DNA from: Eledone cirrhosa
Lineage: Eukaryota
Reading direction: 5' to 3'
NCBI GenBank assembly: GCA_964016885.1
Contig: OZ024741.1
Location: 220,534,001 to 220,598,000 of the forward strand
DNA length: 64,000 nt
The position numbers and the translations under genes are program-made. Under the pieces are notes generated by a model, which worked only from the letters and a program-made list of their open reading frames with translations, was not told where the DNA came from and did not search any database. Of this stretch, positions 25,854 through 38,694 are shown one piece after another. How positions within the stretch are numbered: position 1 is the stretch's first letter; every line of letters begins with the position of its first letter.

Positions 25854-26140
25854 GGCTGCAGGTAGTGGCTTGATATTCAATCCAACGGACTTTCCAGTTA
25901 ACCAACATCAATGACTGAGATTCAAGGAATAACAATAACAATAATAAATAATAATGAGCTGTTAGCCCAACTTTACAATGAAATAGTTAAGGAACCAGAA
26001 AAGATACCATCATGGCTAGTTAACGGCATTACATTCCTGCTTCCGAAGAATGTTGAGACAAACAATCCCCAAAATTACAGACCGATAACTTGCTTGACCA
26101 CAATGTATAACATTTTAATATCAGTCCTAACCGAATATAC

Positions 26141-27315
26141 AAATTCCCGAGCTGTGTCTATTATTAGGTACAGTGCGGGAATTCTGAGATGGAATGTTGC
26201 TGAACAAACAGAAATGGATAGGAAGACTAGGAAGCTATTGACTATCTACAACATGTTCCACAAGAGGAGTGATGTCGATAGACTCTACCTAAGGAGATCT
26301 GAGGGTGGAAGAGGTCTTATCAGCATAGAGGACTGTGTTCAGATGGAGAAAAACAACCTATACAAATACGTGACCTATAGTAAGGAGCCAATGCTCAAAA
26401 CTGTACTGAAGGAGGGGACAGTAGGCCAGGGGATGTCCAAGGAGGAAATAACATCAAGGAGGAAGAGCAGCCTTAAGGGAAAATCCCTTCATAGTACCTT
26501 CTTTGAGAAAACTGAATTTAGAGATCCACAGACATGGAACTGGTTGAGAAGAGGAGACCTCAAAAAGGCTACAGAAGGAATGATAATGGCTGCGCAGGAG
26601 CAGGCCCTCAAAACGAAGTGGTTGAAGCACCATATTTACAAGGAGGAGGCTAGCCCACTGTGCAGGATCTGTGGAGAGAGAGAGGAGACTGTGGCTCACA
26701 TTGTGTCCGAGTGTAAACACCTAGCCCAGACCCACTATAAGGGCTGGAGATACGATGTGATGGGCAGGGTGATCCACTGGTACCTGTGCAAAGTAAACAA
26801 TTTACCACATTCTGAGAAATGGTATGAGCATAGGCCGGAGGCGGTGATGGAGAACAATCAGGTGAAGGTGCTGTGGGATTTTAGGATACAGACGGACAAA
26901 AAACTGGAACACAATAGACCTGACCTGGTGGTTGTGGACAAAGAAAAAAGATCGTGTCTGATTGTGGATGTGGCCTGCCCGTTCGACACGAGAGTGCAAG
27001 AGAAGGAGAGGGAGAAAATTAACCGATACCAGGACCTAAAGTGGGAGGTGAAAAGGATTTGGAACTGCCATGAAGTCAAAGTGATCCCGATTGTCATAGG
27101 CGCACTGGGGACTATCTCCAAACGTTTCCAGGGATGGTTAAAGAAAATCGGCCCCTTCACGCTTTTTGGAACGCTTCAAAAGGCATGCTTGCTTGGAACA
27201 GCAAGAACCCTCCGATACGTCCTGAATATCTGAGGCTGCAGGTAGTGGCTTGATATTCATTCCAACGGACTTTCCAGTTAACCAGCATCAATGACTGAGA
27301 TTCAAGGAATAACAA
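26141..27315 (+). mobile_element. R4/Dong-like family A, young 5'-truncated copy
   Basis: Near-identical to ~24761-25935. Confidence 0.92.
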
Positions 27316-27337
27316 CAATAATAATAATAATAATAAT

Positions 27338-29671
27338 TAATAATGAGCTGTTAGCCCAACTTTACAATGAAATAGTTAAGGAACCAGAAAAGATACCATC
27401 ATGGCTAGTTAACGGCATTACATTCCTGCTTCCGAAGAATGTTGAGACAAACAATCCCCAAAATTACAGACCGATAACTTGCTTGACCACAATGTATAAC
27501 ATTTTAATATCAGTCCTAACTGAATATACATATGACCACCTGATAACATATGACCTATTTCCCAATGAGCAGAAAGGGTGTAAACGAGGCTCATATGGCT
27601 GTAAGGATCAGCTTTTGGTTAACAAAATGATACTGGAAGATTGTCATAATAGACTCAAAACTCTATCAATTGCTTGGATAGATTATAAAAAAAGCATTCG
27701 ATAGTTTGCCACACAGTTGGATTGAAAAATGTTTAGAGATTTTCAAAATATCTCCCGTTGTCAGGAGGTTCTTGTCATTCAGTATGAAGATATGGAAAAC
27801 GACACTCCTTTTGAATAGTGAAACAAAATCACTGGAAGCTGGAGAAGTTAATATTAATTGTGGAATTTTTCAGGGTGACTCTTTATCACCACTTTTATTC
27901 TGCATCGCACTTATACCATTAATAAAATGCTCAATGAAACAAAACATGGATATAAAGTCTATGACAAAACCATTAATCACTTGTTCTACATGGATGACCT
28001 GAAACTATTTGCAAAAAATGATGAACAATTGCAAGGGCTATTATCCACTGTGGAGCCGTTCAATTAAAATGGAGTTTGGACTAGATAAATGCGCCAAAGC
28101 AACGTTCACCAGAGGAAAGCTGCTGAAAAGTTCAGATATTAATCTTGATCGGGGGAATGTGATAAGAGAACTTGATCAAGAGGAAACTTACAAATATCTA
28201 GGTGTTTGTGAAGGAGACGGAATCAAACACTCGACAATGAGGGAAAGGATAAGGAAGGAATGTTACCGCAGAGTAAGAGCAATCTTAAGAACGGAATTGA
28301 ATGCAAGGGATAGGATCGATGCCATAAACACGCTTGCCATACCAGTAGTAACCTACAGTTACAATGTCATCAACTGGTCAAGCACAGAGATCCGTAGGCT
28401 CGATACAAATATTAGAAAATTCTTAACCATGCACAGAATGCATCACCCTAAGGCAGATACAGATAGAATATATCTCCCTAGGAAAGAAGGAGGAGGTGGG
28501 TTAATCCAGTTAGATATTGCGTTGAAAACTGCAACAACTGGATTATCTACATATCAAAGGGAATCACATGATTGGATGATCAAACGCGTTTTGAAACACG
28601 AAAGCATCAAAAGATCATACTCCATTACAAAAGATGCACAAAGATACAGTAATGGACTACAAATTTCAGAAGTCCCATTTACTGCTGAAATGGAAAACAC
28701 AGAAAAAGCAAAGCAGGTAAAAATAACTACAAAGAAAGAACTGCTAGAGAAACTGGCTAAGAAATGGCAAGAAAAGCCTCTGTATGGAAAATACCCAGAG
28801 CGAGCTAACAATCCTGATGTTGACAAAACTTTAACCCATCAGTGGTTGGCATCCTCTGGACTGAAATCGGAGACTGAAGGACTGATTATATCAGCACAAG
28901 ATCAGTGTCTGCCAACAAAATATTACCAACTAACATAATAAAAAATGGATGCAGCCCATTATGCCGTGCATGTGAAAAACAACCAGAGACCATTGATCAT
29001 ATAATTTCAATTTGCAGTCCTATAGCTCCAACCGAATACCTAAATAGGCATGACAGAGCTACACAATACATACATTGGATAATGTGTAAGCATTTTGACC
29101 TTCCCCATCAAAAGAATTGGTGGGAGCATCAACCACCTCCCATACTTGAAAAAATCACATCTCAATCTTGTGAAACTTTAGCATCCAAAGAGACCGAAAA
29201 ATATATGCAAATAGACCTGATATAATACTGAAGGACTTTAAAAAGAGGATATGCCTGCTAATTGATATGTCCGTTCCAATAGACAAGAATGTATCTATAA
29301 AAACATTTGAAAAATTGAGCAAGTGTAAGGACCTGGAGATAGAAATTGGAAAAATGTGGAAATTGAGAACTAAAACAATACCAGTGGTTGTAGGCGCTCT
29401 AGGAATGATACCTAAGGGGTCTAATGATTACTTATCGCAAATCCCAGGAAACCCGCGTATAGGAGAAATACAAAAGATAGTACTAATGGGAACTGCCCAT
29501 ATACTAAGGAAGATTCTGTCAATATAAGTACATCACAAGTCTAAACACCTAAAGATACATGTGTGTGTATGTATGTTCTTTCTTGAACATGGCGGACCTT
29601 GTTGTCTCTTGAGGTCACTGGTTGTGACTTGGTGATAACTCGTATGAACATAAAGCAAGATAAATGCAGCT

Positions 29672-29712
<41 letters not shown>
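27338..29712 (+). mobile_element. R4/Dong-like family B, 5'-truncated and frameshifted
   Basis: YRPITCL, IFQGDSLSP, YMDD, CRAC...TIDHIISIC, RPD/IDMSVP; distinct 3'UTR ending in (TAA)n. Confidence 0.9.
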
Positions 29713-29713
<1 letters not shown>

Positions 29714-30105
29714 TAAGGGATGTCAATACTCTAGTTGTGTTAAAATAAGTTATATTCTGAACTGGATTCTAAATAAATTAGCAAAAGTAGAAATAGAGAA
29801 AAAGAAACAAGGAAGAAAAAACAGGAAAAAAAGAAATAGGAAGAAAAACAGAAAAAAATAATAGAAATAACTAAAAAAAAAAAACATGCAGAAAATGAAA
29901 GCAAAAACTGTTTTGTATGTTGACGGAAGCCAACAAATTGAAAATAGAGGCTGAAGCCACTAAAAGCATTTAATAATACAGAATACATTAAGAAAGTGTT
30001 TGTATGGAGAACAACTTAATCACATTGTATCTGATGTCTAGGTTTAGTGAAGAACGATATATATATCTACAAACATGTAGATGTTGTTTAAGAGAGAGAG
30101 AGAGA

Positions 30106-30198
<93 letters not shown>

Positions 30199-30234
30199 CT
30201 GTGGATATATTTTAGGCAAAAGGGTGAGAGAGTC

Positions 30235-31680
30235 CTAGAAACCTGTAGATATATTTTAGGCAATAGAGATATACCTAGAAACATGAAGATATATTTTAGG
30301 CAATAGAGATATACCTACAAACATGTAGATATATTATAGGCAAGAGAGATATATCTACAAGTATGTAGATATATTTTAGGCAAGAGAGATATACCTACAA
30401 ACATGTAGATATATTTTAAGCAAGAGAGATATATCTACAAGTATGTAGACATATTTTAGGCAATAGAGATATACCTACAAACATGTAGATGTATTTTAGG
30501 CAATAGAGATATACCTACAAACATGTAGATATATTTTAAGCAAGAGAGATATATCTACAAACATGTAGATATATTTTAAGCAAGAGAGATATATCTACAA
30601 ACATGTAGATATATTTTAAGCAAGAGAGATATATCTACAAACATGTAGATATATTTTAGGCAATAGAGATTTATCTACAAACATGGAGATATATTTTAGG
30701 CAAGAGAGATATACCTACAAACATGTAGATATATTTTAGGCAAGAGAGATATACCTACAAACATGTAGATATATTTTAAGCAAGAGAGATATATCTACAA
30801 GTATGTAGACATATTTTAGGCAATAGAGATATACCTACAAACATGTAGATATATTTTAGGCAATAGAGATATACCTACAAACATGGAGATATATTTTAGG
30901 CAAGAGAGATATACCTACAAACATGTAGATATATTTTAAGCAAGAGAGATATATCTACAAGTATGTAGATATATTTTAGGCAATAGAGATATACCTACAA
31001 ACATGGAGATATATTTTAGGCAATAGAGATATACCTACAAACATGTAGATATATTTTAAGCAAGAGAGATATATCTACAAACATGTAGATATATTTTAGG
31101 CAATAGAGATTTATCTACAAACATGGAGATATATTTTAGGCAAGAGAGATATACCTACAAACATGTAGATATATTTTAGGCAAGAGAGATATACCTACAA
31201 ACATGTAGATATATTTTAAGCAAGAGAGATATATCTACAAGTATGTAGACATATTTTAGGCAATAGAGATATACCTACAAACATGTAGATATATTTTAGG
31301 CAATAGAGATATACCTACAAACATGTAGATATATTTTAAGCAAGAGAGATATATCTACAAACATGTAGATATATTTTAGGCAAGAGAGATTTATCTACAA
31401 ACATGGAGATATATTTTAGGCAAGAGAGATATACCTACAAACATGTAGATATATTTTAGGCAAGAGAGATATACCTACAAACATGTAGATATATTTTAAG
31501 CAAGAGAGATATATCTACAAGTATGTAGATATATTTTAGGCAATAGAGATATACCTACAAACATATAGATATATTTTAGGCAATAGAGATATACCTACAA
31601 ACATGTAGATATATTTTAGGCAATAGAGATATACCTACAAAACATGTAGATATATTTTATTCAGAAACATGTAGATGTAT
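30235..31680. repeat. 40-bp minisatellite, ~35 copies, between two (GA)n tracts
   Basis: Unit acatgtagatatattttaggcaagagagatatacctacaa. Confidence 0.95.
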
Positions 31681-31705
31681 TTTAGACGAGAGAGAGAGAG
31701 AGAGA

Positions 31706-31777
<72 letters not shown>

Positions 31778-32056
31778 AGAGAGAGATGTAGATGTAAGTT
31801 AGACAAGAGAGAGAGAGAGAGATGTAGATTTAAGTTAGACAAGAGAGAGAGAGAGAGATATCTACATAGAGATGTATTTTAGGCAAGAGAAATCTATTGA
31901 GAAAAGTGTAAATATATTTTGTAGAAATTACGCCAGTATTATGAAATACCTAAGGTTTGCTCCAGAAATTGTTTAAGAAAATATTATAATGACTCTCTTC
32001 TGCAATATGTCGGTAATGAAGCACAATAGAGTGAAAAGTGACTGATTGAACGTCTC

Positions 32057-32248
32057 AAGAGGGTCAGCTGAAAAGTTAATAAGACAGCTATGAAGGAGTG
32101 ATGCTAGGACTGTGAAATCTTGCATGCATTAATTTCAACTCTTCTTATTAATTTCTTATTATTTCTTTCCATGGACTATGTTGAAAAATAAACCTCATTT
32201 GGTCATTCCATGAGGGTATCTTGGTCAGTCCATGAACTTTCCAGCCAA
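32057..32248. mobile_element. Mariner-type MITE, decayed
   Basis: Homologous to 60097-60299 and, inverted, to 32607-32808. Confidence 0.7.
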
Positions 32249-32250
32249 AG

Positions 32251-32314
<64 letters not shown>

Positions 32315-32606
32315 CTTGCGTGTGTGTGTGTCTTGATTGTCTTTGAGCATGGATCTAGACCATCGGGGTGAAATTAGGTTCTATATTAACAAAAACAACC
32401 CAACATAAAGACAAATAATAATGGTTTTTGTAAGATGATATATTTGTAAAGTTGGTGCACATTCGATTTGGTTGAGGTAACCCACAATGAATGACTGGTA
32501 CATATTTTATCGAAACTCGAATGTCAAAAAGTAAAAAAAAAAGAAAAATAACGTTGACACTAGTGAGATTGAAACTCAGAAATTTGCAGATTGAAAGTAA
32601 ACATTG

Positions 32607-32808
32607 TACGAGGGTAGGCTGAAAAGTTCATAGGCTGAGCATGGTACTCTCATGGAATGACCTAATGAGGTTTATTTTTCAACATAGTCCCTGGAAAGAA
32701 ACAATACAGTTATTAATAAGAAGAGTTGAAATTAATGCATGCAAGATTTCACAGCTCTAGCGATTAATTCATTATAACCAGCCTATGAATTTTCAGCCGA
32801 CTATCATA
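32607..32808. mobile_element. Mariner-type MITE (~200 bp)
   Basis: TA-cgagggtaggctgaaaagttcataggctg ... cagcctatgaattttcagccgactatca-TA. Confidence 0.8.
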
Positions 32809-33131
32809 TATATCCTTCTACAGTGATAGAGCTGGCCTTTCAATAATTAAACACCCTTTGAATAACGTACACTATGGAGGCCCTTAAGCACCATACCGAA
32901 AGGATATGGTAGAAATGCACCTAATGGCATTATGTTATCCCAATATTAGGGCAGTGGATTAGAAGAATAATTAGTTTATCGGATGAATTATAACACAGTA
33001 TTTTGTAAGGCCCTCTGGTTTAGGGTCGATAAAAGAAAGTACTGGTAATGTACAGGGATTTGTATAATCGATTTTCCTAACCTCCCAGATTTGTTGGCCT
33101 TTTGTATAAATTAGAAACCACTATTTTGTGT

Positions 33132-33320
33132 AGGTGCGTGGCCTAATGCTTCGGGTGTTGGACTTGCGATTATAAAACTTCATTTTACGTTGCCGCAATA
33201 TATTCACTTTAAAATGAGTACCAGCAATAGGCGGAATTTTAACTCTGCAATGGACTGGCGTCCTGTCTAGGGGAAGGGGAGTCTTGTACTGTTAGTCTCT
33301 TAACGCCAAGACTTCATATG
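33132..33320 (+). mobile_element. tRNA-derived SINE fragment
   Basis: A-box-like gtggcctaatgc; body homologous to 33741-33975 (atgagtaccagcaa...atggactggcgtcctgtc). Confidence 0.55.
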
Positions 33321-33427
33321 GTTCTGTAAGTAAATAATGTCTTACTACTATCATGATGTCACCACCTATGATATCAAAGGACATGTATCCAGGTTAATAT
33401 TATCATTAGTTAAGATAATAAGTTCAA

Positions 33428-33548
33428 ATGGTCTGAGTTCAAATCAAGCCGAAGTTAACTTTGACTTTCATCCTTAAGGGGTCGATAAAATAAAGTTCCA
33501 GTAATGCACTGGATAATTGCTGGCCTTGTGCCAAAAGTAGAAACAATT
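33428..33548 (+). mobile_element. tRNA-derived SINE with Nin/Deu-like central domain
   Basis: gagttcaaat B box + ctttgactttcatccttaaggggtcgataaaataaag; relatives on - strand at ~32495-32585, 37570-37692, 53108-53290, 53895-54240. Confidence 0.65.
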
Positions 33549-33734
33549 TTCATTAGTTGTTTTTTACGACTGTATGACCTCAACAATATTATAATCCACT
33601 AATAATCTCTTGGCACATCATTGTCTCTATATTAACATTGATCAAATAACGTAATTCCACCCAATGATAGATACACTACGTTAGCGTAAAATGTCACTAT
33701 TGATAAGACGTTATTTAAGATAATAGCATACCAA

Positions 33735-33975
33735 ATGCGTGGATTTATGGCAAGTGTGTTGCATTGTCGATCATAACGTCTTAAGTTCGATTCCTGGACC
33801 GAGTTGTGTGTTGTGTTCTTGAGCAAAACACTTCATTTCACATTGTTCCTGCATACTCAGCTGAGAGTGAGTACCAGCAACAGCTGGGTGCTTAAACCAG
33901 CGATGGGACTGGAGTGCTGTCGAGGGGACAGTCGTGTACTCTCAGGCGCCAACCTGGAGAACCTCAGGGGTCGTG
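33735..33975 (+). mobile_element. tRNA-derived SINE with CORE-like domain
   Basis: gttcgattcc B box followed by tgtgttcttgagcaaaacacttcatttcac; inverted relative at ~54965-55188. Confidence 0.65.
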
Positions 33976-34047
33976 ACAGAGTTTAGATTTTTAGATATCA
34001 AATAATGTGGAGTTACAACGACGTTACAAAATATGTGTCTCAAGCTT

Positions 34048-35212
34048 ATGACGTCTGTGGACAATTTCACAACAATGACGTCTGTGGACAATTTCACAAC
34101 AATGACGTCTGTGGACAATCTCACAACAATGACCTCTGTGGACAATCTCACAACAATGACCTCTGTGGACAATCTCACAACAATGACGTCTGTGGACAAT
34201 TTCACAACAATGACGTCTGTGGGTAATCTCACAACAATGATGCCTATGGGTAATCTCACAACAATGACGTCTCTGGACAATCTCACAACAATGAGGTCTG
34301 TGGACAATCTCACAACAATGACGTCTGTGGACAATCTCACAACAATGAGGTCTGTGGACAATCTCACAACAATGACGTCTGTGGACAATCTCACAACAAT
34401 GACTTCTGTGGACAATCTCACAACAATGACGTCTGTGGGCAATTTCACAACAATGACGTCTGTGGGTAATCTCACAACAATGACGTCTGTGGGTAATCTC
34501 ACAACAATGACGTCTGTGGGTAATCTCACAACAATGACGTCTGTAGGTAATCTCACAACAATGACCTCTGTGGACAATCTCACAACAATGACGTCTGTGG
34601 GTAATCTCACAACAATGATGTCTGTGGGTAATCTCACAACAATGACCTCTGTGGACAATCTCACAACAATGACATCTGTGGGCAATCTCACAACAATGAC
34701 GTCTGTGGGTAATCTCACAACAATGACCTCTGTGGACAATCTCACAACAATGACGTCTGTAGGTAATCTCACAACAATGACATCTGTGGGCAATCTCACA
34801 ACAATGACGTCTGTGGGTAATCTCACAACAATGACGTCTCTGGACAATCTCACAACAATGACCTCTGTGGACAATCTCACAACAATGACATCTCTGGACA
34901 ATTTCACAACAATGACCTCTGCGGACAATCTCACAACAATGACCTCTGTGCACAATCTCACAACAATGACGTCCGTGGACAATCTCACAACAATGACGTC
35001 CATAGACAATCTCACAACAATGACTTCTGTTGGCAATCTCAAAACAACGACGTCTGTGGACAATCTCACAACAATGACGTCTGTGGACAATCTCACAACA
35101 ACGACGTCTGTGGACAATCTCAAAAGAACGACGTCTGTGGACAATCTCACAACAACGACGTCTGTGGACAATCTCAAAAGAACGACGTCTGTGGACAATC
35201 TCACAGCAACAA
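34048..35212. repeat. 27-bp minisatellite, ~43 copies
   Basis: Unit atgacgtctgtggacaatctcacaaca. Confidence 0.95.
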
Positions 35213-35299
35213 CATCATATAAATTAGGAAAACTCCACATTACATCATTTGTGTGACGTCATCTATTACATCACTTTTAGGCTGAATACGTCATCATTG

Positions 35300-36045
35300 T
35301 TGAGACCACTGACGAGGTGACGTCATCCACGTTGTCACCACTGACAAGAAGACGTCATCCACGTTTTCACCACAGACGAGATGACGCCATGTAGATGTCA
35401 ACTCTGACGAGACGACATTATCCACGTTGTCACAACTGTTGGGATGACGTCATCCATGTTGTCACCAATGACGAGATGACGTTATCCACGTTGTCACCAC
35501 TGACGGGATGACGTCATCCACGTTGTCACCACCGACTAGATGACATCATCCACGTTGTCACTACTGACGGGATGACGTCATTCACGTTGTCACCACTGAC
35601 GAGATGACGTTATCCACGTTGTAACCACTAACGTTACGACGTCATCCAGATGTTACCACTGATTTAGTGAAGTCATCCAGATGTTACCACCGACGGGATG
35701 ACGTTCTCCCCGTTGTCACCTCTGACCATGTGACATCATCCCTGTTGTTACCACCGTCGAGGTGGCATCTATTATGTCTTCACTGGCCAGGTGAAGTCAT
35801 GTAGATGTTACCAGACTAGATGACGTCATCCAGATGTAACTCGTTGTCACCACCGACGAGATGACATCATCTATTATGTCACCACTTACGAGGTGACGTC
35901 ATCCAGATGTCACCACTGGCTATATGACATTATTCTCGTTGTCACCGGTGACGAGATTACATCATCTATTATGTCACCAATACCGAGATGACGTCATCCA
36001 GATGTCACTAATGACTAGATGACGTCATCCATATGTCACTGGTGT
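35300..36045. repeat. Degenerate ~32-bp minisatellite
   Basis: Unit ~gatgacgtcatccacgttgtcaccactgacga; period 32 at 35444/35476/35508/35540/35572. Confidence 0.85.
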
Positions 36046-36195
36046 GCCCACACTCTCTCTTATGATATCATCTATGATGTCATTGCCGTCCCAACACAAT
36101 TATGTCATTGCGATAACGTCATAATTTCATTATCGGTGATTGTCACCATTAACTGAGATGAAACAGAAAACCACAGCCTGTGACGATAGTATTAA

Positions 36196-37515
36196 GGTGG
36201 TGTTGTGGTGGTGGTTGTTGTGGTTGTTGTTGTGGTGGTTGTTGTTGTGGTGGTTGTTGTTGTGGTGGTGGTTGTTGTTGCGGTGGTTGTTGTTGTTGTG
36301 GTGGTGGTTGTTGTTGTGGTGGTTGTTGTTGTGATGGTGGTGGTTGGTGTGGTGGTTGTTGTTGTTGTTGTTGTCGTTGTTGTGGTGGTTGTTGTTGTGG
36401 TGGTTGTTGTTGTGGTGGTGGTTGTTGTTGTGGTGGTTGTTGTTGTTGTTGTCGCTGTTGTGGTTGTTGTTGTTGTGGTTGTTGTGGTGGTGGTGGTGGT
36501 TGCTGTGGTGGTTGTTGTTGTTGTCGCTGTTGTGGTTGTTGTTGTGGTGGTTGTTGTTGTGGTGGTTGTTGTTGTTGTGGTGGTTGTTGTTGTGGTGGTT
36601 GTTGTTGTTGTTGTGGTGGTTGTTGTTGTGGTGGTTGTTGTTGTGGTGGCGGTTGTTGTTGTGGTGGTTGTTGTTGTTGTGGTGGTGGTTGCTGTGGTGG
36701 TGGTTGTTGTTGTGGTGGTTGTTGTTGTGGTGGTGGTTGTTGTTGGTGTGGTGGTTGTTGTTATGGTGGTGGTTGTTGTTGTGGTGGTGGTTGTTGTTGT
36801 TGTTGTTGTTGTTGTTGGTGTGGTGGTGGTCGTTGTGGTGGTTGTTGTTGTTGTTGTTGTTGTGGTGGTTGTTGTTGTTGTGGTGGTTGTTGTTGTGGTG
36901 GTTGTTGTTGTGGTGGTGGTTGTTGTTGTTGTTGTTGTTGTGGTTGTTGTTGTTGTGGTGGTTGTTGTTGTGGTGGTTGTTGTTGTGGTGGTTGTTGTTG
37001 TTGTTGTGGTGGTGGTTGCTGTGGTGGTTGTTGTTGTTGTTGTCGTTGTTGTTGTGGTAGTTGTTGTTGTTGTGGTGGTTGTTGTTGTGGTGGTGGTTGT
37101 TGTTGTGGTGGTTGTTGTTGTGGTGGTGGTTGTTGTTGTGGTGGTTGTTGTTGTGGTGGTGGTTGTTGTTGTGGTGGTTGTTGTTGTTGTGGTGGTTGTT
37201 GTTGTTGTGGTGGTGGTTGCTGTGGTGGTGGTGGTTGCTGTGGTGGTTGTTGTTGTGGTGGTTGTTGTTGTTGTGGTGGTTGCTGTGGTGGTGGTGGTTG
37301 CTGTGGTTGTTGTGGTGGTTGTTGTTGTGGTGGTTGTTGTTGTGGTGGTGGTTGTTATTGCGGTGGTTGTTGTTGTGGTGGTGGTTGTTGTTGTGGTGGT
37401 TATTGTTGTAGTGGTGGTGGTAGTTGTTGTGGTTGTTGTTGCAGTTGTTGATGTTGTTGTTGTTGCTGATGTTGTTTCTACTGCTATTGTTGATGTTGGC
37501 TTTGCCGTTGTTGTC
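36196..37515. repeat. Compound (GTT)n/(GTG)n trinucleotide tract
   Basis: 1.3 kb of in-phase GTT/GTG/GGT triplets. Confidence 0.97.
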
Positions 37516-37569
37516 TCTGCACCTCACTTAAATCATGTCATACAGTTACAGACCAAGAACATATAGAAT

Positions 37570-37692
37570 AATTGTTTCTACTTTAGGCACAAGGCCAGCA
37601 ATTACCCAGTGCATTACTGGTACTTTATTTTATCGACCCCGTAAGGATGAAAGGCAAAGTCAACCTCGGCGGGATTTGAACTCAGATCGTAA
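37570..37692 (-). mobile_element. Nin/Deu-like SINE fragment
   Basis: Reverse complement of the 33428-33548 family. Confidence 0.7.
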
Positions 37693-37951
37693 AATATAGA
37701 ATAATGTCGTCTTCTATCTACAGAGTGGTTGTCACGGATGGAATGTCTTTCATTATAGATTGTAGATCATCTGCTGGCTTAGAGTTGACCTGGGGCTAAA
37801 CAACATCAAACCATACGTTATATTTATGAAGACAATTATCGTTCAGAAGACATCTGCTTCAGATTCTTCCCCTTATTTCTCTTTCTATCTTTCTATCTCG
37901 TTTACCCCTTCATTGTTTCTCTCTCTTTCTTTCCCTCACTTTCTTTCCCTC

Positions 37952-37995
<44 letters not shown>

Positions 37996-38031
37996 TCCCT
38001 TTTATCTTTTTATTCAACTATTCGCCCCCTC

Positions 38032-38112
<81 letters not shown>

Positions 38113-38694
38113 ATCTATCTATCTATCTATATATCTCTATCTCTCTATATATAATTATTTGTCTGTCCCTCAAACATGTCCCCCCCTCTCCACCTTCCCC
38201 TCTCCCTTTCTCGCTCCCCCCTCTCCCTATCTCGCTCTCCCCACCTCCCCTCTCCCTATCTCCTTCTCCCTATCTCCCTCACGCTCTGTACACAGTATCC
38301 ACACTCATGTATATACACACACACACACGCACACACACACACACTATTCACAATGCTGTCTGTATACACTATACACATACATACAACAATTGCACTTATA
38401 TCATATCATTACACACGCACACACACGTGTTCACTGTATACACACTCATACATACACCATACACATTGCATTCTGTACACATTACACACATCCATACAAC
38501 TGCACTTATATCATCTTTATACACACACACACATGCACACAGGCACACACATATGCACATACATATGCCCACATATATGCAGACATGCAACACACACGTA
38601 CATGTACACACTACACACTCCTCTACACACCACATCATTTGCACTCGTATTTCATTTCACACACACGTAGACACACACATATATATATCCGTGT

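Noticed and set aside
25911-27233. 440-aa ORF as a novel protein
   Set aside because: Chance in-frame fusion of family-A 3'UTR, a family-B fragment and a truncated family-A copy
34033-35256. 407-aa mucin-like ORF (MTSVDNLTT)n and antisense ORFs
   Set aside because: A 27-bp unit keeps frames open on both strands; no signal peptide or unique domain, and no splice evidence seen
36130-37566. Poly-N/H, poly-C/G, poly-V and poly-W/L ORFs
   Set aside because: Trinucleotide repeat open in several frames at once
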